Made by a program: the position numbers and the translations under genes
NCBI GenBank assembly: GCA_016202305.1
Contig: JACQPB010000039.1
Location: forward strand, 6,661 to 70,660
From: Candidatus Iainarchaeum sp.
GTDB lineage: Archaea; Iainarchaeota; Iainarchaeia; Iainarchaeales; Iainarchaeaceae
Direction: 5' to 3'
Length of the DNA stretch: 64,000 nt
Shown: positions 54,840-64,000 of the stretch, one piece after another
How positions within the stretch are numbered: the first letter of the stretch is position 1
Layout: every line of letters begins with the position of its first letter
Notes under the pieces: model-generated
Told to the model about the DNA's origin: nothing
Databases searched by the model: none
The model's input: only the letters and a program-made list of their open reading frames with translations

Positions 54840-54852
54840 GCACCGGCAATGA
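54840..54852 (+). promoter_or_regulatory. fourth copy of the 13-mer GCACCGGCAATGA (plus orientation) with TTATAAAG 17 nt downstream, 19 nt upstream of the cdc6 start
   Basis: Exact 13/13 match to the IS left-end terminal motif, inverted relative to 56343-56355. It is followed by GGTGTCC…TTATAAAG. Confidence 0.5.
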
Positions 54853-54920
54853 GGTGTCCCGAAAGGCAGTTATAAAGGAACAACAAAAGCATGTCCAAGG
54901 CCCTGGCAGGAACACTGCCG

Positions 54921-54970
54921 GGGAGTTAAGGGCCGCCTCACCGCTTCTCATCAAACCCCCCTTAACTCCC
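54921..54970. repeat. perfect 12-bp stem hairpin (26-nt loop) in the cdc6/IS intergenic region
   Basis: GGGAGTTAAGGG (54921-32) pairs with CCCTTAACTCCC (54959-70). Confidence 0.8.
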
Positions 54971-55062
54971 GCACCAATCCCCGCGGCCTGAGCAGAATGG
55001 GCCTTTGCAGGCGAATTGCCGGGCTGGTATAACTACTGGCCGGCCGGAAAATGCAAACCTGA

Positions 55063-55240
55063 CCAAAATGAAAAGCTTAAATTCCGTGAACTACCATCCC
55101 CTGAAGGGGTTGGCGTCACTTGACACTGCCAACCGCTCCACAAGCGTGGTTTCTTGCTTCATCGAATCACCTTGCCCGATAAGGGTAGAGGGCGGTTCTC
55201 TTGCAAGGGCCGGCACCCGGCCCGTGTATTTGTTTAGGAT
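55063..55240 (-). ncRNA. candidate omega RNA of TnpB copy 2, including a guide-like tail
   Basis: Same conserved blocks as copy 1 (55151-55176 is identical over 26 nt). The flanking guide-like sequence TTTAAGCTTTTCATTTTGG differs from copy 1. Confidence 0.35.
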
Positions 55241-56355
55241 GTTTATGGCCGCATTGTAATCACGGTCAAGCTCAACGCCACAATTGCCGCAACTATAAAT
55301 GCGCTGCGAAAGAGGCATTTCCTTCAAGGAGCCGCACCTGCTGCAGGCTTTCGTGGTGTTTCTTGGGTTTACTTTTGCGAGCTTGCAACCAGCGCTTCCA
55401 GCCTTGTACGCGAGCATTTGCAAAAACCTTGCCAAGAAGCATCCATGATATTCCGCGCATTCCGAGCAGAACGCGCCATTCCAGCAATGTTCAAATCCTC
55501 AACAACAATCTCCCTGCACTTCCTTACATAAATAGCGGAGAGCTTGTGGAGAAAATCGTTTCGGGAGCGCTCAATCTTTTCGTGAACCTTTGCAACCCAC
55601 AGCCTCGCCTTTTTCCTGTTGCCACTCCCTTTCTTCTTCCTCGCCAAATCCCTCTGTGCGAGCGCAAGGCGCTGCGCATATTTATCAACATTGTGAGGAT
55701 GCGCAACCTTGTCCCCGTCACTGTCTACCAAATAATTATTGATGCCAAGGTCGAGGCCGAGAACCTTCTCACCGCACATCCTCTTTGGAGTGGCATTGGT
55801 TATGAGTATTGCGAACCATTTGCCCAAGCGATTCTTCAAAGTAACCTGCCTAATGTTGCCCTCAACCGACCTGTGCACCTTGATTTTTATGCTGCCGATT
55901 TTGCTCAGGTGCAGAATGCCTTTTTTGCTTTTCACCATCTCAAGCCCGAAGCCGGACTGGTTATAGGAAAATGTCTTGAACCAATCCTTCCCCTTGAACC
56001 TCAAGGCACCAACCTTCGTTCCATTCTTCTTCAATCGCCTCAATGAGCGCAGGTTCGAAAAAAGCCTGTCACACTCAGGCTGCAAAGCCTTCGAATAAAC
56101 TTCATTGAATTCAGGCCGCACATTCTTCAATTCCACAATACTATGCTTTACCGCCCCAACATCAATTTTTCCGGATAGCGACTGCTGGTTCAATTTTTCC
56201 AAGAGGAAATTATAGGCCTGCCTGCAAAGCTCAAGCGAGCGCTCCAAGCCAAGCGCCTGAATTCTATTAGGGTACAGCCTGAACACATAACTCAACATAC
56301 AGAAAAAGCCTGCGCCGAAACTTATAAACCCCTTGAGAGAGGTCATTGCCGGTGC
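55082..56355 (-). mobile_element. TnpB-only IS200/IS605-family element, copy 2 (tnpB frameshifted)
   Basis: Same terminal sequences as copy 1 (TTCCGTGAACTACC… / …TCATTGCCGGTGC). It is inserted ~260 bp upstream of cdc6. Confidence 0.7.
55091..56298 (-). pseudogene. tnpB: tnpB with a 1-nt deletion in a C/G run (frames 55369..56298 and 55091..55435)
   Basis: Copy 1 reads CCTTGCCCAAGAAG; copy 2 reads CCTTGCCAAGAAG (~55427-55436). The protein therefore switches from …NIMDASWQGFCKC… to the frame encoding ARFLQMLAYKAGSAGCKLAKV…CSRCGS…CGNCGVELDRDYNAAINIL. The true ATG is at 56298 (MLSYVFRLYPN). Confidence 0.75.
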
Positions 56356-56380
56356 GCAAACCCAACCTTTAAAACAATTT

Positions 56381-56707
56381 ATGGGCAATCTTTCTGTCAT
56401 GAGCCACGACGAACAGGGGCATGATAACGGCCACGGAGAGGGCAAGAAGGGCGACAAGGACAAGAGCTTCATGGTAGACAGGTTCCTCGGAAGAATCGGG
56501 GATTATATCGCCGGCGGAATCGCAAAGCTCGTGGCCTTCATCCTGATAATCATGACTGTCGGCGCGCTCGTAGGATATGTCATCGCCCAAAGGCAGGCCC
56601 CGTTCCTCCTCGTTTTCCTGCCCGCGACTCTTGGAATAATAGCATACTATGAAAGGGACATAGCCGTGCTGCTTTTCGTTGCGTTGCTCCTTTTTGTCGT
56701 TTTCTGA
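56381..56707 (+). CDS. small membrane protein with a His/Gly/Lys-rich N-terminus (108 aa)
   Basis: MGNLSVMSHDEQGHDNGHGEGKKGDKDK… then three hydrophobic helices. It lies upstream of the ArsR-like gene. Confidence 0.4.
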   Translation: MGNLSVMSHDEQGHDNGHGEGKKGDKDKSFMVDRFLGRIGDYIAGGIAKLVAFILIIMTVGALVGYVIAQRQAPFLLVFLPATLGIIAYYERDIAVLLFVALLLFVVF

Positions 56708-56718
56708 GTGAAACACGT

Positions 56719-57426
56719 ATGGATGGAATACCAATTTCGCAGCCGGAATTCAAGGCGCTTTCATCCGAGTCAAGGGCAAGGATACTCAAGTTCCTGCAGG
56801 AAAGGAACCACACGCTCTCGGAACTCGCCGCAAAAACAGGCATGGCCGCACCCACGGTAAAGCAGCACATGGAAGTGCTGGCGGAAAGCGGCCTTGCGGA
56901 GATGAAGGACGAGGGCAGGAAGTGGAAATACTATTCACTCACGAGGAAAGGCCAGGCACTCCTCGGAACGGGAAGATCTGCACACCCCAACATCCTGATA
57001 GTGCTTTCAGCGGCCCTCGGGATAGCCCTCATAGGCCTCATGCTGCTCATAACCACTGCAAGCGTATTCCAGGTGGGAAGCCCCTCCGCACCTGCCAGCG
57101 GAGCCGGAAATTATGCGGAAACGCCGCAGATTACGGGCGGCATTCAGGCGGAAAATTCGATAAGCGCGGCAACAGGCAGTGAAAAGAGCATTTCAAGGGC
57201 AGACAGCAGCGCCGGAAAGGAAGGCGTGATAGCCGATTGCAGGCCGCTTTTCCCGATAGAGAAATCAGAGGCAAGCGGGGAAATGTCGGCATCGGAGTAC
57301 TACGCACAAAAATGCCACGAATCCCTGGCAAAAGAAGGATGCAGGAATCTGGACTTCTACAATTCCTCAACATTCGCATTCGGCGACGGGGACGGGAAGC
57401 CGGACTGCGAATGGAAAGGCGAATAG
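56719..57426 (+). CDS. ArsR-family winged-HTH regulator fused to a TM helix and a Cys-containing extracytoplasmic tail
   Basis: …FKALSSESRARILKFLQERNHTLSELAAKTGMAAPTVKQHMEVLAESGLAEMKDEGRKWKYYSLTRKG… then ILIVLSAALGIALIGLMLLITT. Confidence 0.7.
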   Translation: MDGIPISQPEFKALSSESRARILKFLQERNHTLSELAAKTGMAAPTVKQHMEVLAESGLAEMKDEGRKWKYYSLTRKGQALLGTGRSAHPNILIVLSAALGIALIGLMLLITTASVFQVGSPSAPASGAGNYAETPQITGGIQAENSISAATGSEKSISRADSSAGKEGVIADCRPLFPIEKSEASGEMSASEYYAQKCHESLAKEGCRNLDFYNSSTFAFGDGDGKPDCEWKGE

Positions 57427-57564
57427 GCCCCCACACCCTCCGCCCCCCTCTATAACTCCCGCAAACCCGGCGGAAGCCGCGCCCTCACGACAATCTATCG
57501 GCAGGGGTTGCCGTGCCCTAATCTCGTACGGATTTTTATTGGTTTTGAGTCACTATCAGCCTTC

Positions 57565-58182
57565 ATGAACGACCGCGAAAGGAACGACCTGATAATCAGC
57601 TGGTTCACCGTGAGTTTCGCTTTTGCATGGATTGGACTCAAAGTATTCAGCATCGGCGGAGCAGGGGAGTTCTTGAGCCAGCTGGCAATAATGCTTGTAG
57701 CCGTCGGCACCGGGTTCATACTGCACGAGCTTGCGCACAAATATGTCGCAATACACTATGGCGCACACGCGGAATTCAGGGCATGGAGAATAGGGCTCCT
57801 GCTTGCCTTGGGACTGGCAGTAATCTCGAACGGCGGCTTCGTCTTTGCCGCACCCGGAGCCGTGTATGTCGTGGGCAACAATATAGGAGTAAGGAAAAAC
57901 GGCATAATTTCACTTGCTGGACCGGTTGCAAACCTCCTTATAGTCTTGGTCTTTGGGTTGGCATTCGCGGCAATGAATCCCTCGGGCTTCGCGGAACAGG
58001 CAATGCTGGCGACAATGTACGTGAACTTCTTCCTCGCTGCGTTCAACATGCTCCCGATATTCCCGCTGGACGGCAGCAAGGTTTTCTACTGGAGCAAACT
58101 CGCGTGGTTTGCGACAATTGCAATTGCCGCAGCGGGCGTGCTCCTGTTCCCCATAATAGTTGCAGTGTTGAAGGTAGTCTGA
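57565..58182 (+). CDS. M50-family (site-2-protease-like) membrane metalloprotease
   Basis: …GFILHELAHKYVA (HExxH) and …NMLPIFPLDGSKV… within multiple TM helices. Confidence 0.7.
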   Translation: MNDRERNDLIISWFTVSFAFAWIGLKVFSIGGAGEFLSQLAIMLVAVGTGFILHELAHKYVAIHYGAHAEFRAWRIGLLLALGLAVISNGGFVFAAPGAVYVVGNNIGVRKNGIISLAGPVANLLIVLVFGLAFAAMNPSGFAEQAMLATMYVNFFLAAFNMLPIFPLDGSKVFYWSKLAWFATIAIAAAGVLLFPIIVAVLKVV

Positions 58183-58205
58183 AACCGCCAAAAAATTGTA
58201 ATGAG

Positions 58206-61200
58206 TTACCTCACATAGCTCGGCTTGAACGCCTGCGCCACGGAGTGCTTGAAGCCGTCGTACGCCTCAGTAGTTTCCTTCGAAATCGACGGAAGGATTT
58301 TCTTGAGCGCGGCCTCGAAGTGCGACATCCTGACCTCAGCGGGCCTGAATCCCGCCTCCTGCATGGAAACCAGCGCGGCCTCACGGATGAGCCCTTCGAG
58401 GTCGGCGCCGCTGTACCCATCGGTTTTTGACGCGAGAGCGAAAATTGTGGGATAAACAAGGAGTTCTTTAAGTTCCTGTTTTTCAGGAATTTCCCCAAGC
58501 GAATCAAAGAATTTTTTCCTGTCTTCAGTGCTTTTCTTGTCCGTCAGCCTGGAAAACAATTCTTTCACTTTCTTGGAAATGCCTGGCGAATACTCTTTTG
58601 CCAGCCAATCCAGCTCATTGTCCGAAAGAGAAAACTCGATTGGAACGTCCTTCGAATGTATCTTCAGGATAAGCTTCCTCGCCTCGAAGTCCGGTGCGGG
58701 GACCTTTATTATCTTGTCAACCCTCCCCGGCCTCAGAAGCGCCGGGTCAATCAAGTCTGGTCGGTTGGTGGCCGCAACGAAGACAACCCCCTTTAGCTCC
58801 TCGATGCCGTCAAGCTCCGTGAGAAGCTGGTTCACCATCCTTTCCCCGACACCGCTGTCTGTGGAGGAGCCACGGCGTGCGGCAATGCTGTCAATCTCGT
58901 CGAAAAAAACGACAACGGGGGAAACCTGCCTCGCGCGCTGGAAAACCTTCCGGATGCCTTTTTCGCTGTTGTGCGCAAATATTCCGCCAAAACCGGCAAC
59001 AAAATTCTGGCAAGGTTCAACGGAAACGTCATAGACAAAGCCAGAATACGTGATTTCTTTTATTTGTTCTACTTTGTCCCAGTAAATATCCGATTCGACA
59101 AGTTTCCACAAAGAGGAGTATTTTTCCCTCTGTAAGTCGATAGTGCATAATGCTTCTCTGAGTTTCTTCACGCCAACAGAATTATTATGCGGATAAGAAC
59201 CGAAAGCCGTTTCAAGAACTTCGGTCAATTTATCACATATTGGGATGACGTTGCTCCGCGCCCAAGACTTTTCCCCGATATATTTTCCGATAAGCATATT
59301 TCTCCTGGAATCAATAAATCCTACGTTGAGGAATTTCCTGAAATTATCAACCCCGAATATCTGCACCCTGTGACTTATGCTCCCGCTCCATTCGCGTTTT
59401 TCCCTGCATGAGGCAACTATCCCGAGTTTCAGGAAAAGATACAATAAATCATTAGCCAGGCTTTTACTAACAGTTGTTGCCTCGATAACATATCTTCTTT
59501 CAGATTTTGTAATGGAGCCATCGCCGCTAAAATAGCCTTTCAGGAAATTATGAACTTGCTCGTTTGAACCCGCGAACAAAAATCCTGGAACACTTTTGTT
59601 GAAAGCACCTGTCTTGAGGCCGAAAACCTTTTCCAAAACATGCTTGAAAATGCAGGAATTTATTACGGCGCCGGTTTCCGTGAAAGTCGCTTTCAGGCCA
59701 AAACTCGACAATATTTTTGACAAATCCGACCTTATTTCCGGGTTTGCATTGGTAATCCGCACAATGTCTCTATTGAAATCGTCTTCAGCAACAAACAAAC
59801 CGAGCAACCTACATAAACCTGAGTTGACATTCAGCAGAACGGGCAGGTGACTTCGCGCACCTTTAACCCCAATAGTCACGCTTGTGAAATCCGGAGTAAA
59901 TCCAAGCCCCGAAATGAGTTTTGCGAACCTTGTCGTCTCCACCGGAAGATTTTTCCCGGTTATATCAGACAAATATTTTTTACTCAGACCGAGACCTTGC
60001 GACACCTTGTCCAGGCCATGCTGTTCTTTTGCCCTCAGGATGTTTTCCCTCAGATTTCCAAGTACGAACCCGCTTTTATCCCTGAAATCATCAAACAAAT
60101 TTATTTGGCGGCGGTCCAAAGAAATGTTTGGAACCCTGGAAGGGACTGCTATAACACTTTTCCCCGCGACAAGATCTTCGGTAGCAATTGATTCTATTTC
60201 CGTGCCAACCAGGCCGAACAATGAATGCTTATCAGTAACTCTTATTGCCCTTCCTGTTTTCGTTTTCACTTCAAGCATTCTGCCGTTCAATGAGTGTTTT
60301 ATGTGGCCATTTATCCTGGAAAAAAGGGCCTTGCCATCAGAATCAAACGTAACTACCTGAACATCCAATTTCTCCTCTACGATTTTTCCTATCTTTTCCC
60401 TGAAAATCTTCTTTCCGTCAAAAACCAGGAGTTCCTCATCGTAAGGCAAACTTTCCCCAACCCACATGCTTATGAGCTGCGGCCCCTTGATGCTGATGAA
60501 ATTGGCTTCAGACTCTGTAGCTATTGCCTTTGCCACGGCTGTTTTTCCACAGCCCGGCGGGCCATAAAGAAGTATGCCGCGCGGAGGCTTTATGCCCATT
60601 TTCTGGAAGCTCTCAGGGTGCTTCAGCGGCCACTCTACAGCCTGCCTGAGCTCGCTCTTAAGCTCCTCAAGGCCGCCGATGTCCTGCCATTTGACATTCG
60701 GAACCTCGATGGAAACCTCGCGGAGCGCCGAAGGCTGGACGTCCTTCAGGGCCTCGAGGAAATCGTCACGCTTCACCTCAAGGCTCTCAAGAACTTCCGG
60801 CGGAATGGTCTCCTCCTCGAGGTTTATTTTAGGGGCCTTGGGGTCGTCAGGATTGAGGTACCTGCGCAGCGCCTTCATCGCGGCCTCCTTCGCGAGCGAC
60901 TCCAGATCAGCGCCGACGAACCCGTGCGTTATTCCCGCGAAATAATCAAGGCCTATGTTCTTGGAGAGCGGCATCCCGCGCGTGTGAATCGTGAGAATTT
61001 CCATGCGCCCCTTCTTGGACGGCACCCCTATTTCAATCTCGCGGTCAAAGCGCCCGGGCCTCCTGAGGGCCTCATCAATGCTGTTCACCCTGTTAGTGGC
61101 GCCAATCACTATCACCTGGCCGCGGGACTCCATGCCGTCCATCGCGGAGAGTATCTGCGCCACGACACGCCTTTCAACCTCGCCCACTACCTCGTCGCGC

Positions 61201-63518
61201 TTCGGGGCTATGGCGTCAATCTCGTCGAAGAAGATGATTGAGGGCGCGTTCTTCTCCGCCTCCTTGAACACCTCGCGGATGCGCTCCTCCGCCTCCCCGA
61301 CGAACTTTGAATTATGCAAAACCATCAGGGAGTGTCCTGCAAGGAAATTATTGAAAGGTTCAACGGTGAGGTCAAATAACTCTTTTTCGCCTTCTTCGCT
61401 AATGTCCGTAACTTTTGCCCATCTAAGCTCGGCGTTGACCAAACACTCCAGAGGCTTGTCGTCTTTTCCGAAAAGGGAGTAAATCTCCTTGAGCTTTCTT
61501 ACAGTCAATGGAGCCCTTCCTGAAATATACCTCTCTGTCGGCCATTCTGGAAGGGTTTTGCCATAAACAAGATTTTTTTTCGATTTTATTTTTTTGAGCA
61601 GAGGGCTTATATCAGGGATTCCCAAATCATCCCCTTTCTTCTTTCTCCCCGTATACCATTTCCTGATGATGGAATATTTTTCCGTGTTGGACTCTACCAC
61701 TTCGGCAAATATCTCTCTCGACCTGTTGCCTACAAATGTCAGTGCCCACATGTCCGAGAGTTTTGTCTTCCAAGGCTTGATTTCAGCTATTAGCCCGAGC
61801 TTTTTACCCAGAACTGAGAGCTGCTCAAGTACAGTCCTTGTAATGGAATAAATCCTTATAGTAGGATAGCCGCCAACGCCCCTGCTCGTGGTACCGTCAC
61901 CTTCCCAAAAACCCCTTATAAAAGAGGCGATTTCTGATTTAGGAAGTGAAAAAAACCATTCTGGAAGCGAGTAATCGCCTTTTCTTCCTATCGGGCTGCC
62001 CAGGACCTCAGAGAAGAAATGCCGCAGAGTCCTTGAATAGCAATGTACGCGATTGTTCTTAATTTTCGGTTCGATAGCGAAGGCTGATTCGCATAGCTGT
62101 GCGAATTCACCGAGCAGAACCGGGTCATTGTTTGAGAAATGCAGGCCATCCTCTGTTATATTCCCTTCAGAATACATGAAACCCAGTATCCTCATCAACT
62201 CTGGAGAGGTTTTCTGCGGAAGCGAAACAAAATTTTCAGCCCTGCTGCGTTTCCTATGGTCAATTTTCACCCCAAGAACTTCCTTATTTTTGGAAGCTAT
62301 ATGGAGTTTTTTTACCCCGTCAGGAGTTTTTACGAATGTTGCATCTGGAAAGCCACTCAAATAATCTCCGAATTCATGACTCTTGCCCTCAGGCAGCGCT
62401 GATGCAATGGCAATTTTATCCCCGGCCTTCAACTCAGAGGCGGTCTTCCATACAATGCAGCCAAAAGAATCCAGCATGGCAAAAGGTTGATTGGAAGAGA
62501 CTACAACCTCATCGCCAAGATGGGTTTTAACCTTATAAGTGTTTGCCCGCAACTTTGTGAGATGGGTTACTTTTCCTTTCTCGATTTTGAGGTCATTATT
62601 TAGCGAGTATACCGAAAGCGGCTCTTTGAGCTCCACAATCTTTAGCTTCCCGTCATTTACCAAAGTGCCACTTTCCAAAGCCTTGCTAAACATTTCCTCT
62701 GCCCTCTCAAAGCCTTTAGGGTTTGTCAGGATCTGTGTGTTGCCCTCAACACACATTATGCTGGGGCTGGAAATCGAAATGAAGTGCGCCTGCGTCTCGT
62801 TCGCCACGGCCTTCGCAAGAAGCGTCTTTCCAGTTCCAGGAGGGCCATAGAGAAGCACGCCCTTGGGAGGATTGATGCCAAGGCGCCTGAAAATCTCAGG
62901 ATGCCTCATGGGCAGCTCTATCATCTCCCGTACTTTCTGGACCTGTTCATCGAGCCCGCCGATGTCCTCGTAGGCTATGCGCGGTATGCCACCGAGGGAA
63001 TCCTTCACAGGCTCCTCCTTGAGTATGAACTGCGTGAAATCCGTGACCTTTACGATGCCCCTCGGATTCGTGTCCACGACCTGGTAAATGAAGCCCGAAC
63101 CGAAGACGCTTATCAGCACCCTGTCGCCCTTGTTCAGGGGCCTGCCGATAAAGTTCTTCTTGAGAATGCGGTCATACCCGGACGCGATTATCCTCACTTC
63201 CTGAGTAGGGGCGAGAACCACGCGCTTGGCCTCCCCGAAGTCAGCCTTCTGAATAACCACTTTCTCCCCGAGGCCCACACCGGCATTCCGCCTGATTAGG
63301 TTGTCCATCCTTATGAGCGCCTTGCCCTCGTCCTCAAGACGTGCCGGCCACACAATGGCGGCCGTCCTCTGCGGCCCTATGACCTCGACAATGTCCCCGG
63401 AAGTTATGCCGAGCTCCTCCTTCGTCTTGCGGTCAAGTGTTATTATGTTGCGGCCGACATGAGAAGGGTCGGGCTCCTCCACACGAAGGCTCAACTGCGG
63501 CTTCTTTCCCAGGCCCAT
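58206..63518 (-). CDS. cdc48: Cdc48/VCP-like double-AAA+ ATPase carrying two in-frame inteins
   Basis: N-domain (…[28 protein letters not shown]…); D1 [20 protein letters not shown]…[12 protein letters not shown]; D2 [20 protein letters not shown]…[12 protein letters not shown]. Likely ATG at 63518 (MGLGKK…). Confidence 0.9.
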   Translation of the reverse strand: MGLGKKPQLSLRVEEPDPSHVGRNIITLDRKTKEELGITSGDIVEVIGPQRTAAIVWPARLEDEGKALIRMDNLIRRNAGVGLGEKVVIQKADFGEAKRVVLAPTQEVRIIASGYDRILKKNFIGRPLNKGDRVLISVFGSGFIYQVVDTNPRGIVKVTDFTQFILKEEPVKDSLGGIPRIAYEDIGGLDEQVQKVREMIELPMRHPEIFRRLGINPPKGVLLYGPPGTGKTLLAKAVANETQAHFISISSPSIMCVEGNTQILTNPKGFERAEEMFSKALESGTLVNDGKLKIVELKEPLSVYSLNNDLKIEKGKVTHLTKLRANTYKVKTHLGDEVVVSSNQPFAMLDSFGCIVWKTASELKAGDKIAIASALPEGKSHEFGDYLSGFPDATFVKTPDGVKKLHIASKNKEVLGVKIDHRKRSRAENFVSLPQKTSPELMRILGFMYSEGNITEDGLHFSNNDPVLLGEFAQLCESAFAIEPKIKNNRVHCYSRTLRHFFSEVLGSPIGRKGDYSLPEWFFSLPKSEIASFIRGFWEGDGTTSRGVGGYPTIRIYSITRTVLEQLSVLGKKLGLIAEIKPWKTKLSDMWALTFVGNRSREIFAEVVESNTEKYSIIRKWYTGRKKKGDDLGIPDISPLLKKIKSKKNLVYGKTLPEWPTERYISGRAPLTVRKLKEIYSLFGKDDKPLECLVNAELRWAKVTDISEEGEKELFDLTVEPFNNFLAGHSLMVLHNSKFVGEAEERIREVFKEAEKNAPSIIFFDEIDAIAPKRDEVVGEVERRVVAQILSAMDGMESRGQVIVIGATNRVNSIDEALRRPGRFDREIEIGVPSKKGRMEILTIHTRGMPLSKNIGLDYFAGITHGFVGADLESLAKEAAMKALRRYLNPDDPKAPKINLEEETIPPEVLESLEVKRDDFLEALKDVQPSALREVSIEVPNVKWQDIGGLEELKSELRQAVEWPLKHPESFQKMGIKPPRGILLYGPPGCGKTAVAKAIATESEANFISIKGPQLISMWVGESLPYDEELLVFDGKKIFREKIGKIVEEKLDVQVVTFDSDGKALFSRINGHIKHSLNGRMLEVKTKTGRAIRVTDKHSLFGLVGTEIESIATEDLVAGKSVIAVPSRVPNISLDRRQINLFDDFRDKSGFVLGNLRENILRAKEQHGLDKVSQGLGLSKKYLSDITGKNLPVETTRFAKLISGLGFTPDFTSVTIGVKGARSHLPVLLNVNSGLCRLLGLFVAEDDFNRDIVRITNANPEIRSDLSKILSSFGLKATFTETGAVINSCIFKHVLEKVFGLKTGAFNKSVPGFLFAGSNEQVHNFLKGYFSGDGSITKSERRYVIEATTVSKSLANDLLYLFLKLGIVASCREKREWSGSISHRVQIFGVDNFRKFLNVGFIDSRRNMLIGKYIGEKSWARSNVIPICDKLTEVLETAFGSYPHNNSVGVKKLREALCTIDLQREKYSSLWKLVESDIYWDKVEQIKEITYSGFVYDVSVEPCQNFVAGFGGIFAHNSEKGIRKVFQRARQVSPVVVFFDEIDSIAARRGSSTDSGVGERMVNQLLTELDGIEELKGVVFVAATNRPDLIDPALLRPGRVDKIIKVPAPDFEARKLILKIHSKDVPIEFSLSDNELDWLAKEYSPGISKKVKELFSRLTDKKSTEDRKKFFDSLGEIPEKQELKELLVYPTIFALASKTDGYSGADLEGLIREAALVSMQEAGFRPAEVRMSHFEAALKKILPSISKETTEAYDGFKHSVAQAFKPSYVR
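58968..60452 (-). other. Cdc48 intein 2 (495 aa, D2 module, Ser1, LAGLIDADG-type domain)
   Basis: …[12 protein letters not shown]|[13 protein letters not shown]…[11 protein letters not shown]…[11 protein letters not shown]…[14 protein letters not shown]|[17 protein letters not shown] at 60450-52. AAC at 58968-70. Confidence 0.8.
61311..62753 (-). other. Cdc48 intein 1 (481 aa, D1 module, Cys1, LAGLIDADG endonuclease domain)
   Basis: …[10 protein letters not shown]|[10 protein letters not shown]…[10 protein letters not shown]…[10 protein letters not shown]…[15 protein letters not shown]|[18 protein letters not shown] at 62751-53. AAT at 61311-13. Confidence 0.85.
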
Positions 63519-63651
63519 GAAAGTAAGGATTAAGGTAACAAATAATAACATAACTCATTGTAAAGCCGCGGCGCAAAAAGCCGATGAATCGGCTATGTTG
63601 AAATGTCGCTTTGAGTAATCATTTTAACCTCCATTGTTATTAAAACTGTTT

Positions 63652-63797
63652 GGGGAGTGCCTCCAACAAATACGGCTATCCGCAGTCTCTGTTCGAGCTG
63701 CACTAGGAACATTTGGTTTGGAGGAGAGCACGCGCTAATCGAGACAGGCAGTCAAAAGCTGCAGATTCATCAGAGCGTCTTTGCTCTCTCACTCCCC
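63652..63797. ncRNA. structured element (three-way junction), candidate IS110-family bridge-RNA-like ncRNA
   Basis: P1 is GGGGAGTG (63652-59) with CACTCCCC (63790-97). P2 is CCTCCAA (63660-66) with TTGGAGG (63718-24). P3 is AGAGCA (63725-30) with TGCTCT (63782-87). The stems abut with almost no junction nucleotides, and each arm encloses ~50 nt with further local pairing. The strand is undetermined. Confidence 0.3.
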
Positions 63798-63810
63798 AAA
63801 TTCTTGTTCC

Positions 63811-64000
63811 TTAACAAGCATCAATGAATTTTTCCCTCCTCTTGAGCATGAAAAACATTGTCGTCAACATTTTTCGCGCAACAGCAATAATCGCTTTACT
63901 TACCCCAATCTTCCTTTTTTTCTTCAAAAAGAATTTCCTCAGCTTTCCTTTTTTGCGCACAGCAACCCATGCGCACTGAGTTAGCACCCAACGAAGTTCC
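63811..64000 (-). CDS. IS110-family (DEDD) transposase/recombinase, C-terminal end only (runs off the window)
   Basis: Hand-translated: …ELRWVLTQCAWVAVRKKGKLRKFFLKKKRKIGVSKAIIAVARKMLTTMFFMLKRREKFIDAC*. This matches the …A..A.R….lk.fy…..GK..k.AivAvARKll… C-terminal pattern of the family. TAA stop at 63811-13. Confidence 0.6.
   Translation of the reverse strand, partial: ELRWVLTQCAWVAVRKKGKLRKFFLKKKRKIGVSKAIIAVARKMLTTMFFMLKRREKFIDAC

Noticed and set aside
56299-56472. N-terminal 58-aa extension of the copy-2 TnpB ORF (track ORF 55369..56472)
   Set aside because: Comparison with copy 1 shows that the protein starts at MLSYVFRLYPN (ATG 56298). The extension reads through the IS left end and the neighbouring gene's start.
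1-64000. Looked for rRNA genes, additional tRNAs, cas genes and prophage structural genes
   Set aside because: None were recognised by eye. Absence is not proven without tRNAscan, Infernal and HMM searches.

Overview
This is an archaeal chromosomal segment, gene-dense on both strands and moderately GC-rich, with several visibly A+T-rich islets. Core genes present: aRF1, aIF2-alpha, PriS/PriL, GINS-like, two PCNAs, RFC-L, Orc1/Cdc6, LonB, Cdc48, Csl4, RpoL, Dph2, PheRS alpha/beta, RNase Z, uL16, TruD, PyrH and an S-layer-like protein. The main finding is that selfish elements sit inside core genes. I read four inteins in three genes. (1) A 141-aa mini-intein lies directly after the catalytic GGQ of aRF1. 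(2, 3) Two LAGLIDADG-containing inteins lie in the D1 and D2 ATPase modules of Cdc48, giving a single 1781-aa ORF. (4) LonB is physically fractured at the classical Lon intein site into two ORFs that end and start with N- and C-intein halves. The LonB halves are separated by a 2.25-kb co-directional cassette: a 48-aa ORF, a free-standing LAGLIDADG endonuclease, an HTH protein and an atypical tRNA. This is a candidate natural split-intein (trans-splicing) locus. Other features: two TnpB-only IS200/IS605-type elements (one frameshifted) with conserved omega-RNA-like 3' ends; a 13-nt left-end motif plus TATA module that recurs at two non-IS loci; a partial IS110-family element next to a bridge-RNA-like three-way junction; two toxin-antitoxin pairs; a 21-bp-periodic iteron-like array in a 1-kb non-coding region; an A+T-rich three-gene islet with a His/Cys caspase-fold-like protein; a candidate RNase P RNA; and several micro-ORFs with strong Shine-Dalgarno sequences. 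I saw no rRNA and no CRISPR array. All boundaries are hand-derived from the sequence and the ORF track and need computational confirmation.
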